Of a DNA stretch of 64,000 bases, positions 10,400-19,819 are shown one piece after another. The position numbers and the translations under genes are program-made. Within the stretch, counting starts at the first letter, position 1. The number at the start of each line of letters is the position of its first letter. The notes below the pieces were generated by a model that did no database searches, was not told where the DNA came from, and worked only from the letters and a program-made list of their open reading frames with translations. The DNA comes from Gemmatimonadales bacterium (GTDB lineage Bacteria > Gemmatimonadota > Gemmatimonadetes > Gemmatimonadales > GWC2-71-9): contig JBDIWC010000013.1 in assembly GCA_039794085.1 (NCBI GenBank), positions 1 to 64,000 on the forward strand, given 5' to 3'.

Positions 10400-10747
10400 A
10401 TGCCCCAGTATCTGGTGTTGCCGTACGAGGATCCCTCCGATTTCGACGCCATCTCTCCCGGGGAGATGCAGGCCATCATCGAGAAGTACATGGCCTGGAC
10501 CAGCCGGTTGAGCGCCGAGGGACGCATCCAGACCTCCGCCAAGCTCCGCGATGGCGAGGGCCGCACCCTGAAGGGGGCGGGACCGAAGCTCGTTGTCACC
10601 GACGGGCCCTACGCCGAGACCCGGGAGGTGATCGGCGGCTTCTGGCTCATCGAGGCAACCGATTATGGTGAGGTGGTCCGGCTCTGCCGGGATCACCCGC
10701 ACCTCGAGTTCGGAGGAACCCTGAGCATCCGTGCCCTCGAGTCCTGA
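10400..10747 (+). CDS. YciI/DGPF family protein
   Basis: VTDGPYAETREVIGGFWLIEA signature; GAGGA RBS. Confidence 0.93.
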   Translation: MPQYLVLPYEDPSDFDAISPGEMQAIIEKYMAWTSRLSAEGRIQTSAKLRDGEGRTLKGAGPKLVVTDGPYAETREVIGGFWLIEATDYGEVVRLCRDHPHLEFGGTLSIRALES

Positions 10748-11969
10748 CCCCCCGGTTCCCCGGCTTCTCGATCACCTCTTCCGGAGGAGCGCGGGCCGTA
10801 TGGTCTCCGCGCTCACCCGGATGTTCGGGCCCTCTCACCTGGACGTGGCGGAAGAGGTGGTCCAGGAGGCCCTTCTCCGTGCCCTCCAGAAGTGGCCTCA
10901 CGAGGGGGTGCCCGCTCATCCGGAGGGGTGGCTCTACACCGTGGCCCGCAACCTGGCGCTCGACCGGGCGCGCCGGACCGCGTCGCTTGCCCCGCGGCTC
11001 GATGCGCTCGCCATAGATCTCCCCGAAACCGGTCCGCTGGCCGATCCCGCCGTGGACGACGAGCTGGCCATGCTCTTCATGTGCTGCCACCCGGCGCTCC
11101 CCGTCGAGGCTCGGATCGCACTGAGTCTCAAGACCGTCGGCGGGTTCAGCGTGGAGGAGATCGCCACCCTCTTTCTGGTCAAGCCGGCCACCATCGCCCA
11201 GCGGCTGGTACGCGCCAAGCGCATTCTCCGGGATCGGAAGATCGTCTTCGAGCTCCCGGGGGAGGGGGAGTTGCCGGGGCGGCTGGAGACGGTACTCCAG
11301 GCCCTCTACCTGCTGTTCACAGAGGGATACGGCGCGGGAGGCGGAGTGACGATCCGGCGGGACCTGGCCGAGGAGGCCGTCCGGCTCGTGTCGCTGCTCG
11401 CGGCCGATCCCGCCACCGGCCGCCCGGAGACCCACGCCCTCGCCGCGTTGCTCCACCTCCAGGCGAGCCGTCTCTTGGCACGCACCGACGGGGACGGGAC
11501 CATCCTGCTTCTGGGAGAGCAGGATCGCTCCCGCTGGGATCGACGGCGCATGGCGCAGGGGTTCCGGCACCTGGAACGGGCCTCCGAGGGTACCCGGGTC
11601 ACCACCTGGCACCTGGAGGCGGCGATCGCCGCGGCCCATGCCGCCTCACCCGATCTGGCCGCGACGGACTGGCGGGGCATCCTCGATCTCTACGACCAGC
11701 TCCTGGCCCTCAGCCCGTCCCCGGTGGTGGCCCTGAACCGTGTCGTGGCCCTGGCCGAGGTCGCGGGTCCGGAGGAGGCCCTGCGGGCGCTGGAGACGAT
11801 CGAGACTCCCGGACTACGGACCTGGCCGCTCCGGGCTGCGACCCGGGCCACGCTTTTGGATCGGCTCGAGCGCCGGAACGAGGCCCGGGCCGCATGGGAG
11901 GAAGCGAGACAATCGGTGCGCACCGACGCCGAGCGGCAATGGATCGAGGGGCGGTATGGGAGGCCGTAG
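10731..11969 (+). CDS. ECF sigma-70 factor with TPR-like C-terminal extension (ECF42-like)
   Basis: Region 2 AEEVVQEA..WLYTVARN, LFMCCHPAL, QRLVRAK, QDRSRWD and PVVALNR; paired with a DGPF gene. Confidence 0.92.
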   Translation: MPSSPDPPVPRLLDHLFRRSAGRMVSALTRMFGPSHLDVAEEVVQEALLRALQKWPHEGVPAHPEGWLYTVARNLALDRARRTASLAPRLDALAIDLPETGPLADPAVDDELAMLFMCCHPALPVEARIALSLKTVGGFSVEEIATLFLVKPATIAQRLVRAKRILRDRKIVFELPGEGELPGRLETVLQALYLLFTEGYGAGGGVTIRRDLAEEAVRLVSLLAADPATGRPETHALAALLHLQASRLLARTDGDGTILLLGEQDRSRWDRRRMAQGFRHLERASEGTRVTTWHLEAAIAAAHAASPDLAATDWRGILDLYDQLLALSPSPVVALNRVVALAEVAGPEEALRALETIETPGLRTWPLRAATRATLLDRLERRNEARAAWEEARQSVRTDAERQWIEGRYGRP

Positions 11970-12106
11970 AGGCGAATGGGAGTAGAGAGTAGGGAATAGG
12001 GAGTGGGGTGTTGGAGGGCCTCGGAGCGTCATCCCGAGCGAGTGTACTTCCCGACGTCGGAATGGCGATGGTTGTCGGAGGAACCGGAAAGTGGCCGCAG
12101 CCGGGG

Positions 12107-12309
12107 GTACAGGGCCGTTCGCGAACGGCCCGTACGTCTCTGTCCTCTGCCCTAAGCCGACAGAGCCGGAACCAAAGAGGCGTGTCGAGTTTTCGCGTCA
12201 GTTCCCCGGGGCTTTCGCCCCGGGCTCGGCGGCGAGAGGCCGTTCACACGGCCGGGTGTTCGTCTGGGCTCCCGGTGGCGCGTAGGGGCGGTTCGTGAAC
12301 CGCCCTTCC
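12107..12309. repeat. Cluster of REP-like palindromes
   Basis: GTACAGGGCCGTTCGCGAACGGCCCGTAC (12107-12135), CCCGGGGCTTTCGCCCCGGG (~12205-12224) and GTAGGGGCGGTTCGTGAACCGCCC (12282-12305). Confidence 0.75.
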
Positions 12310-12506
12310 CACCTCCCCCGGCCGAGCAAGGGGCGTCAGCTCGAGTTCATTTCCCGAGAGGTCTCAAAATTGGATGCCTTCTCAAACGCCCTCAAAACGC
12401 TGCCCGTAAGGGTTTCCGGGCGTCGCCCAAAATATTGTTGCTTTTTTGTGTTCAATCTTGTCCGTAAGGGACTACTGTCCTATGTCCTATCGTCCTCTTC
12501 ACCACC

Positions 12507-13100
12507 CTACTGCCCCTGTCCCCACGCCGGAGGCGGCGGCCCCACCGGTGCCGTCAGGTCGAACTCCACCCGGATCCGGCGATCGGTCCCCACCCGCCGG
12601 AGTTCATACGCAAAGAGCGCGGGCGGCACCAGCTCGAGGGCCCACACGTTGGTCCGGGCGGCCGGAACCAGGTCCGCCGTGTACTGGTCGGCGGGGAACT
12701 CGAGCCGAGTGGCCGTCTCGGTGCCGGGCCCGTTCCGGGTGCCGCCATACCCACTGATGGCGTCCGGGCTCCCGTCCTCATGGCGATGATCGTGCACCAG
12801 GCGGAACCCCGAGTCGGAGCGGCTCAGCACCCAGGTTCGCGAACGGTCCTCCCCGACATGGAAGGGAATCCGGACCTCCTCCTCGCTGCAGGAGGCCACG
12901 TGCATCACCAGCCGCTCCCGGGCCAGGATCGAGTCCTGCGGGTTGCCGGCCACCATCCGCCCGGCAAACGCCTGGCCGCAGAGGGCCTGCAGATTGGTCC
13001 AGAAGGTCGCGTCGCGCCCGGGTGGGGGCGCGCAGGACGCGGCGAGGACCAGAAGAACGAACCATGGTCCTCGGCGGGTGCGGAAGGTTTGCATGGGCAT
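12507..13100 (-). CDS. Conserved hypothetical lipoprotein
   Basis: LAASC lipobox; CGQAFAG, IPFHVGEDRSRTW and HDHRHEDG motifs. Confidence 0.8.
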   Translation of the reverse strand: MPMQTFRTRRGPWFVLLVLAASCAPPPGRDATFWTNLQALCGQAFAGRMVAGNPQDSILARERLVMHVASCSEEEVRIPFHVGEDRSRTWVLSRSDSGFRLVHDHRHEDGSPDAISGYGGTRNGPGTETATRLEFPADQYTADLVPAARTNVWALELVPPALFAYELRRVGTDRRIRVEFDLTAPVGPPPPAWGQGQ

Positions 13101-13111
13101 GGCTTTCAGTG

Positions 13112-13681
13112 TCAGGTTTCAGCTTTGCGTGTCCAGTGGACGCGAGGACTGGCGAGAAACCGCCCGGCAAGATCCCGCAGTGCCGTCCAATCGGTGTAGT
13201 CATGGTCCCGGGTGGTGTCGGTGGATCCACCAGCCCGCCCCGCGATCCGCCGCATGACGAGTCGCCGGAGCCACCCGTACCGCGTGTAGGCCAGCATTCC
13301 CGGAACGAACACCACCTCACCCGGGGTCCACCCCGTCTGCTCCCGGAAGCGGGTCACGATGCGGTCGAGATCCTGGCGCACCGAGAGGTCCCGCTGCAAC
13401 ACGGCGAGACACACCGACACGAACAGCGTTTGCCGGTCCCGCAGTGACGTGGCGTGCCCGCGAACCCATCGGCGCACCGGGCGCTGGAATCCCCCGATAT
13501 GGATCGAGGCGGCCACGATCACCCGATCGAAGGAATCGGGAGACGGGCCCGATCCCCGGATCGCCGCCGCATCCACCAATTCCACGTCCGCGCCGAGCCG
13601 ACGGCATTCCTCGGCGAGCGCAGTTGCCACCCGGGCGGTATGCCCATCGGTGGTTCCAAAGACGATCAGTACCCGCAGCAT
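13112..13681 (-). CDS. hemG: Flavodoxin-fold HemG-like protoporphyrinogen oxidase
   Basis: FGTTDGHT, AASIHIG, GMLAYTRYG and DYTDW motifs. Function assumed from family. Confidence 0.8.
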   Translation of the reverse strand: MLRVLIVFGTTDGHTARVATALAEECRRLGADVELVDAAAIRGSGPSPDSFDRVIVAASIHIGGFQRPVRRWVRGHATSLRDRQTLFVSVCLAVLQRDLSVRQDLDRIVTRFREQTGWTPGEVVFVPGMLAYTRYGWLRRLVMRRIAGRAGGSTDTTRDHDYTDWTALRDLAGRFLASPRVHWTRKAET

Positions 13682-13790
13682 GGGAGACCTCCACAAGGAT
13701 GCTCCCGAATGTGAGGGGTGAATGATGAGGAATGGATGAGACCAACCTGAAGCCTGGCGCCATCCTTTACCCTATCATCCTATCACTCAT

Positions 13791-13839
13791 CACACTTCAC
13801 ACTTCACACTTCGAACTTCGAACTTCGAACTTCGAACTT
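13791..13839. repeat. Compound heptamer array (CACACTT)3(CGAACTT)4
   Basis: Read directly from the sequence. Confidence 0.95.
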
Positions 13840-13850
13840 CTCCCGACTTT

Positions 13851-14342
13851 CTACTCCCTCCTCCCGACCCGTACCGTCACCGGAGTCGAGACCAGCTCCT
13901 CCGAGATCACCCTGTGTTCCGCGTCGGCCAGGAGCGCGCGCAGCACGTGGGTCCCCGGGGCCAGGTCCAGCGCCACCTCGATCTGGCCTCCGCCGAGGTG
14001 GACGTGCTGGCTGTCCGCCGGCACCGCGACCCCGACCGCCGGCGGCTCGACATCGATCAGCACATGGAAATGACCGGTCTGCGCCATCGCCACCCCGGCC
14101 GGGGCGATCCCGTAGCCCGCCAGGCGGAAGCGGACCAGCACCGGACCCCCCGGAACCGCGGCGGGCACATCGAGCTGGATCGCCACCCCCTCGAGGGGCA
14201 TCGCCATGGCGGTCGTGGTAATCCGCGCCGAGGCCTCATTCGGGGTGCTTGGTGTGGTGTCGGGGGTGTCCGCGGCGGGGGCGCAGGCCATCGTGAGGAG
14301 GGCGAGAGCGGTCAGCGGGCACGACAGCGTGTGGGTCGTCAC
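13851..14342 (-). CDS. DUF4399 domain lipoprotein
   Basis: GIAPAG, TGHFHVLID, HLGGGQ and LAPGTH motifs; GTG start with GGAGG RBS. Confidence 0.85.
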   Translation of the reverse strand: MTTHTLSCPLTALALLTMACAPAADTPDTTPSTPNEASARITTTAMAMPLEGVAIQLDVPAAVPGGPVLVRFRLAGYGIAPAGVAMAQTGHFHVLIDVEPPAVGVAVPADSQHVHLGGGQIEVALDLAPGTHVLRALLADAEHRVISEELVSTPVTVRVGRRE

Positions 14343-14518
14343 GGGGGCCTCCAGTAGGCGTGTCCCGGGAACGATACCCTGCGATGTCCCCGGCGTCGAG
14401 TGCATTGGTTCCGCAAGGTGCACTGTGCCGTCTCCCTTGCCACCCTCACTCTCATAGTCACTCCTCGCGCCTCTCCCCTTTCTCTCCTTCCTACCGGCTG
14501 CCACCTATCGCCTACTCC

Positions 14519-15757
14519 CTACTCCCTAACCACGTACACCGCCACGTACTCCACGTCGAGGGAGTCGCGTTCCACCATGAGGAGCCTGTCGCCCCGAACC
14601 TCCTCCAAGCGTGCCTGATCGGGGAGGTGTAGTCGCGATGTCGGGGTGCCGTCTGCGGCGAGGATCACCCAGTCGGTCGGTTCCCAGGGGATGGGCCAGG
14701 ACAGGGGTTTGAACCGTCCCACCCAGATCGGTCCGTCAGGGTCGAGAATGACCCGTCCGATCGCCGGACGGGTGTTCGGGAGAATCCTCGACGAGAACTG
14801 AATATCGAGGAGCTGGTCAGCTTGCAGGTCGGTCATGTGGGCCGGAAGAGTACCCCGTACCTGAGTTCGAAACAGGTCAACTTCACCAGCCGACAGCCCC
14901 CGATCTACGGAGGGCCAACGCACATCCCGGACCGCTACAAAATCACGCTTCAGGATAGTCACTCGCCATGTGTCTCCAGGTCCGTACGCCACGCGTGCCG
15001 GATCGACCGCCACAAACGGCCGGACAGACCACGGGGCCCGGTAGTTTGCATCCGTGGTTTGGATACCATGCCGTCCTTCAAAAGCGGGCACTGAATCGAT
15101 CAGGGTGCCGTCCGCTGTGAAAAGGAGAAGGTCTTCACGGGATCGCGATCGCTGTATCTCAACCCCTGGTTCCAGCAGGGAGTCGTCGAATCGGTAGCGG
15201 TGGGCCACCAGGACGCCTGCTCCAATGGGCAGCAAGTTGATAGGAGCCGTTCCGAGAGTGACAGGTCCTGGTACAGGGACAGTGGTAATCAGCTCGAATC
15301 GGTCATTGAGCCAGGTTCCCCGTCGGTGGCGCCGGTCAAAGAGGAGGATGGAGTCCCCAGAGATGACGGTTGCACTGACAATCTCCCGAAACTCACCCGG
15401 ACCATCCCCTCGCCTCCCAAACGACCTGACCAGAGTGCCGGAAGATTCGAAGAGATGAACGACGTTGGCCCCGGCATCCACCGCCAGGATCCGTTCGTCG
15501 CCGAGCCAACGCACCGCCCCGAGACTGACGAAGTCGGGAACGTTGTCCTTCCCTCCCTCGATCACCAACCGGGGCTCGGGCTCCAGACTCCGAAGCGGCA
15601 GAGTGGCCGGGTCAGCATTGATGGTGACGATCGACACCCCGGCCGAATCCCGCACCGACACCGGAGGCTCGGGCGAGTGGCCGGGGGCGCATCCCGTCTC
15701 CAGCGCCAGCACAACCGGAAGGAGCAACCCGAGCCCGCTCCGCGCACTCGGTCTCAT
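14519..15757 (-). CDS. Six-bladed beta-propeller-like lipoprotein (RDSAG family)
   Basis: VRDSAGV, FGRRGDGPGEF and C-terminal RDSLDVEYV; paralogous to 46888-48129. Confidence 0.8.
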   Translation of the reverse strand: MRPSARSGLGLLLPVVLALETGCAPGHSPEPPVSVRDSAGVSIVTINADPATLPLRSLEPEPRLVIEGGKDNVPDFVSLGAVRWLGDERILAVDAGANVVHLFESSGTLVRSFGRRGDGPGEFREIVSATVISGDSILLFDRRHRRGTWLNDRFELITTVPVPGPVTLGTAPINLLPIGAGVLVAHRYRFDDSLLEPGVEIQRSRSREDLLLFTADGTLIDSVPAFEGRHGIQTTDANYRAPWSVRPFVAVDPARVAYGPGDTWRVTILKRDFVAVRDVRWPSVDRGLSAGEVDLFRTQVRGTLPAHMTDLQADQLLDIQFSSRILPNTRPAIGRVILDPDGPIWVGRFKPLSWPIPWEPTDWVILAADGTPTSRLHLPDQARLEEVRGDRLLMVERDSLDVEYVAVYVVRE

Positions 15758-16209
15758 CAGGTCACCGCGTCAGGGGACGAAGATTGGCGGCGACGAAGCC
15801 GGTGATCTGCACCAAAGATGTCGAGTGCGGCCGGCATCGACTGGACGAAGAGGAGCAGCACCGCCCGGGGAAGCACATGACCGTGGAACTGGAAGAACGG
15901 GTCCGCGAGGAGATGCCCGAAGGTCACCATCACCAGCACCACCGCAACCGAGAGGAGAGCCGGACGGGTGAAGAGACCGAGCAGCAGGAGAGCGCCCGCC
16001 ACCAGCTCGACGAGCGGGATCACGGTACCGGTGGCCCAGAGCGACCAGGCCGGGAGAAACGTCTCGGCGTACGGCTCCACGAAGAGCCGCCGGGCGTGCT
16101 CGGTCGGCCCCATGGAAAACACCTTGGTGACGCCGGTCATGAAGAACATGAAGCCCAGCATCAACCGGGCGGTCAGGATTGCCCAGGAACGGGCGCGTTC
16201 GTCGGACAT
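15757..16209 (-). CDS. DoxX family membrane protein
   Basis: RLMLG..F...G..K and ELVAGALLLLGLFTR motifs; GGAG RBS. Confidence 0.88.
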   Translation of the reverse strand: MSDERARSWAILTARLMLGFMFFMTGVTKVFSMGPTEHARRLFVEPYAETFLPAWSLWATGTVIPLVELVAGALLLLGLFTRPALLSVAVVLVMVTFGHLLADPFFQFHGHVLPRAVLLLFVQSMPAALDIFGADHRLRRRQSSSPDAVT

Positions 16210-16281
16210 TCTCTCCTCCGGGGGATGAACCACCCGGCACATTCCCCCGGATGGTCTCTGCAAGATACAGGGTCAAGGATC

Positions 16282-16428
16282 GGGAGATGGAGCCCGCCGA
16301 GAGAACACGCCGCGAACCCGCTCCCGGATGCCCCAAGAAGCCACCTCTCCACCCTCCACCAGGTATTGGGCTGCGGGTATTGGGTATCGGGTCCCCCAAC
16401 ACCCAGCCCTGAATACTGATAACTTCCC
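16282..16428 (+). promoter_or_regulatory. Candidate atypical fluoride riboswitch
   Basis: GGAGATGGAGCCCGCC head and CTGATAACTTCC tail directly upstream of crcB; the intervening region is unusually long. Confidence 0.4.
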
Positions 16429-16451
16429 CGGGAACCCATCCGGAGATTCCC

Positions 16452-16826
16452 GTGCTCGGCTACATCGCGTTCGGCGGCGTCCTCGGCACCGTGGCCCGAT
16501 TCGGTCTGCAAGGCTGGGTGCAGGGACGGTTCGGTGCCGGCACCTTTCCCCTGGGAACGGTGGCCGTGAACCTCGCCGGTTCCTTCCTGCTCGGCTTTCT
16601 CATGCGGTACACCACCGCCACCGTCCTGGTGTCGCCGGAGCTGCGGGCGGGACTCACCATCGGTTTCTGCGGCGCCTTCACCACCATGAGCACCTTTGCC
16701 TGGGAGAGCCAGGCCCTGCTCGGCGGCGGAAGCTACTGGCAGGCCGCCCTCTATGCCGGCACCACCATCCTCGGCTCGCTCCTCGCCGTCCTCGCCGGAC
16801 TCTTCCTCGCCAACCAGCTCCTGTAG
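16452..16826 (+). CDS. crcB: Fluoride channel Fluc/CrcB
   Basis: GGVLGTVARF, FPLGTVAVN and GFCGAFTTMSTF motifs. Confidence 0.96.
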   Translation: MLGYIAFGGVLGTVARFGLQGWVQGRFGAGTFPLGTVAVNLAGSFLLGFLMRYTTATVLVSPELRAGLTIGFCGAFTTMSTFAWESQALLGGGSYWQAALYAGTTILGSLLAVLAGLFLANQLL

Positions 16827-16837
16827 GAGGCGGCACC

Positions 16838-17185
16838 ATGACCCAGCGCTTCGCGGGCGAACGCACCCTCATGCGGATCTTCATCGGCGAGAGCGACCGG
16901 CACCACGGCAAGCCCTTGCATGAGGCCCTGCTTCATCGCTTCCGGGAAAAGGGCCTCGCCGGCGCCACCGTGCTTCGCGGGGTGTCGGGGTTCGGCGCCA
17001 ACAGCCGGATCCACACCGACAAGGTCCTCCGGCTCTCCCTCGATCTCCCGCTCATCATCGAGGTGGTGGACACCGAGGAGGCGATCACCGCCGTGTTGCC
17101 GGAACTCGACGAGATGATCGGCGGCGGGCTGGTAACGCTGGAACGGGCCCGGGTGATACTCTACCGGCCCGGTTCCCCGGGTTGA
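16838..17185 (+). CDS. DUF190 (PII-like) protein
   Basis: RIFIGESD, GLAGATVLRG and LSLDLP motifs; usual crcB partner. Confidence 0.94.
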   Translation: MTQRFAGERTLMRIFIGESDRHHGKPLHEALLHRFREKGLAGATVLRGVSGFGANSRIHTDKVLRLSLDLPLIIEVVDTEEAITAVLPELDEMIGGGLVTLERARVILYRPGSPG

Positions 17186-17317
17186 ACGCCGCCGGGCCGG
17201 CGCTCGCTCCGCGCGACCTGTCTGGAAGCGAGTTACGGTAACTCTGATCGGTTGACCGGACCCAACCTCGGGTCGAGCCAGACTCTGCACTTTCGTCCCC
17301 TGGCCTCCACCGGAGCC

Positions 17318-17683
17318 CTAGTCGATGCCTTCCGCTCGTCGGACCCGTCCCGTGTGGATTGCGTGAGCGAGGTCGAGCACCGTGGTGAGCAGCGCGGTGT
17401 ATTCCCCGTGCCGGGGATCGAGGAGACCGAGCCGGAGATCGGTGGTCAGCCGGGAACAGATCTCGACCGCGCGTTTGACCCGGAAGTTGCGGACATAGGC
17501 GGGAGCGTCCTCGGTGTCGACACCTTGGAGCCGGGCCCAGAGCCCCAGGCGGGCGTTGTCGAGACCGTGTTTCAGCGTTTCGAGCGTCTCGAAATCCTCG
17601 ACCTCCCGATCCGCTGGTACCGGCAGCGCCTCGATCGCGCGGTGGAGTTCGGCAAGCTGCCGCAGCAGCTGAGACGACGACAT
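17318..17683 (-). CDS. Small helical hypothetical protein, 121 aa, paralog of 1623-1967
   Basis: ATG at 17683 with GAGGA RBS; LETLKHGLDNARLGLWA and FRVKRAVE. Confidence 0.78.
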   Translation of the reverse strand: MSSSQLLRQLAELHRAIEALPVPADREVEDFETLETLKHGLDNARLGLWARLQGVDTEDAPAYVRNFRVKRAVEICSRLTTDLRLGLLDPRHGEYTALLTTVLDLAHAIHTGRVRRAEGID

Positions 17684-17860
17684 GGGTTCCTCGGCGTGGG
17701 TGACGAGGGAAAGGTAATGGACCCGGCCTGGAGGCCGGGATTGGGCTCGCTGCGCCCGACCGGCCTTGAAAAAAGGCGGAACATTCTGCGTGATCTGCGT
17801 CATCTGTGGCTTCCGCTCGTGTACGAGTAGGTGTACGAGTACGGGTACGGGGAGGCCGAC

Positions 17861-17909
17861 CGTCCTTCAGGACCCGTCGCCGAAGGCGCCGAGCCTCGGC
17901 TTCAGCCGA
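17861..17909. repeat. ~49-bp direct repeat, copy 1 (palindromes with TTCA loops)
   Basis: CGTCCTTCAGGACCCGTCGCCGAAGGCGCCGAGCCTCGGCTTCAGCCGA; contains the transposase stop codon. Confidence 0.92.
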
Positions 17910-18303
17910 GGAAACCGGACTTCAGCCCAGGAATCACACGGTCGGGATGCCGCAGATTCTGGGTCTTGACGTAGTGGATCGCCCGGGAGAGGGAGTCGGG
18001 GCTGACGGACTTCACGGAATACCCAACTGCCCACCGCAGTCCGGGGCCATCGAGAGTCTGGTTGGCAACCCGGGAACTCCCCCCTTTCAGATGCTGGACC
18101 AATGGAGGAATATCCATCACCGGTGGCGCCCGCAGAACCAGATGGACATGGTCCTCCACCACACCGAGGGCCAGGACCGTCATTCGATGCCGCTGGGCTT
18201 CTGCGGGCAGGAAGCGCGTCAGGAAGGAGGCTTCCGGAGCCCGAATCATGGGAAGCCGCTCGTACGTGGTCCAGGTGACCATCAGGAACAGGGAATGGGG
18301 CAT
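17902..18303 (-). mobile_element. tnpA: IS200/IS605-family HUH Y1 transposase (TnpA or REP-associated)
   Basis: VTWTT, EDHVHL (HUH), LKGGSS, W..GY...SVS and YVKTQ (catalytic Y...Q). No tnpB nearby. Confidence 0.9.
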
Positions 18304-18469
18304 GAGGAAAGCATCGCTCAATCGTCACCGGTCGGCGGGCCAGATTCGCTCGACACGGGGCCCAACGGACGCGGGCCGCCCCGGGGGTTCCCGGCTTAAA
18401 AGCCGGGCTGGGCGGGCTACGCCCGACATGCCTTGAAAGGCAGGTCGACCGAGGAGGAATGGTGATCCG

Positions 18470-18518
18470 CGTCCTTCAGGACCCGTCGCCGCAGGCGCCG
18501 AGCCTCGGCTTCAGCCGA
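18470..18518. repeat. ~49-bp direct repeat, copy 2
   Basis: Differs from copy 1 at one position (GCCGCAGG vs GCCGAAGG). Confidence 0.92.
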
Positions 18519-18667
18519 TGTTGACGGCATCGAGGTGCTGCAGCTCCCGGGCGAGCGCGGCCGACCGGAAGGTCCGGTGACCTCCGACGTTGACCCCTCT
18601 CAAAAGAATCACGAGTGCCATAGGTTTCCTCAGGACTCTACCTGATTGACGAAACCGCCACGGCCCG

Positions 18668-19603
18668 TCATTCCCGCGAACGCGGGCTCCCGGTCCGGTC
18701 CAGCGCCGCTTTCAGCCCGCGCGCCAGGTCGGGAGCGGGTCCGACTCCCCAATAGTGCAGGAAGACGATCCGCGGTTCCTCCCGCACCATGTGGTTGTGA
18801 ACCGCGACGACCTCGATCCCATGCTCGACCAGCGCCTGAATCACGGGAGCCACCTCGTCCTCCCGCATGGCGAAGTCACCCGCGACGGCGGCCCGCTCAG
18901 GTGTGCCCTGCCAGGCCGCCCAGGTGTTGAACCCCATGAACGAGGTGACCGGCACCCGGTGCGCCCTGAGGGCCACGTCCGGCCGGCCAATCGTCACCTT
19001 GTATACCCCTCCGCTCATCGCTCCCGCGTGGCCCAGAATCCGGGCGATCTCGGTCGTGTCGATCGTGTTCGGGACCGTCCGGGACGGGGCGCCGGCGGGG
19101 TCGCCGCCGCGCAGGTCGGCCACCCGGTCGAACACCGCCTCGACCGCCAGCGCCAGGGCCTCCTCGGTGCCCTCACCACCAACGTGCATGTACATCACGC
19201 TCGGGTTCTCACGCACGAAGTGGTTGTGCAGCCCGGTCACTGTCAAACCGTTGCGCAGGAGCGCCTGTTGTACCGGGCCGATCTCGTCCTCGCGCACAAC
19301 GATGTCCCCCATGACCACCGCACCGCCGGGCCCGGGCGTGAACGCGATCCAGGAACCGAGCCCCATCGGCGGCACGATGGGGAAGTCGTCCACGGTCACT
19401 TCCAGGTCATTCTGGGGAATCGTGATCTTGTACTGGCCGTCCTGCAGGGCGCCTTCACGGCTCAGGATGCGCTGAATCGTGGCGAGGTGCAGACTGTCAC
19501 TGTCGCCGGTGCCGGCGTCGGCCCGTTCGGGGGCTGGCGGGGTACAGGCGCCGAGAAGGCACAGCAGCACTGCCAAGATGGGCGAATGCGGGTGGTGTGT
19601 CAT
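18668..19603 (-). CDS. Tandem DUF1259 (LppY/LpqO-like) lipoprotein
   Basis: Two repeats with MGD/AGD..E...V and HNH..E.P...H motifs. Confidence 0.9.
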   Translation of the reverse strand: MTHHPHSPILAVLLCLLGACTPPAPERADAGTGDSDSLHLATIQRILSREGALQDGQYKITIPQNDLEVTVDDFPIVPPMGLGSWIAFTPGPGGAVVMGDIVVREDEIGPVQQALLRNGLTVTGLHNHFVRENPSVMYMHVGGEGTEEALALAVEAVFDRVADLRGGDPAGAPSRTVPNTIDTTEIARILGHAGAMSGGVYKVTIGRPDVALRAHRVPVTSFMGFNTWAAWQGTPERAAVAGDFAMREDEVAPVIQALVEHGIEVVAVHNHMVREEPRIVFLHYWGVGPAPDLARGLKAALDRTGSPRSRE

Positions 19604-19819
19604 GATCCAACCATTCCTTTCGTGGGAGAGTGCTTCGTTCTCTTCACGACGGTACCACCAGAATCTCGATTCAGAAAGTCCCCGCTGCCTCGGCGGGCTC
19701 CACCCGGCCCCGGAGGGCCAGATCCCGGATGACGCCGTAGCCCTTGGTCAGAGATTTGTCCGAGACAGGGAGCATGTCGGGGGTGGGCGAACCTTCTGCG
19801 TCATCCGTGGATTCCGCTC

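Noticed and set aside
17861..18518. Direct repeats as a mini-CRISPR, or an IS605 with TnpB
   Set aside because: Only two copies about 600 bp apart, and no RuvC/TnpB ORF adjacent.
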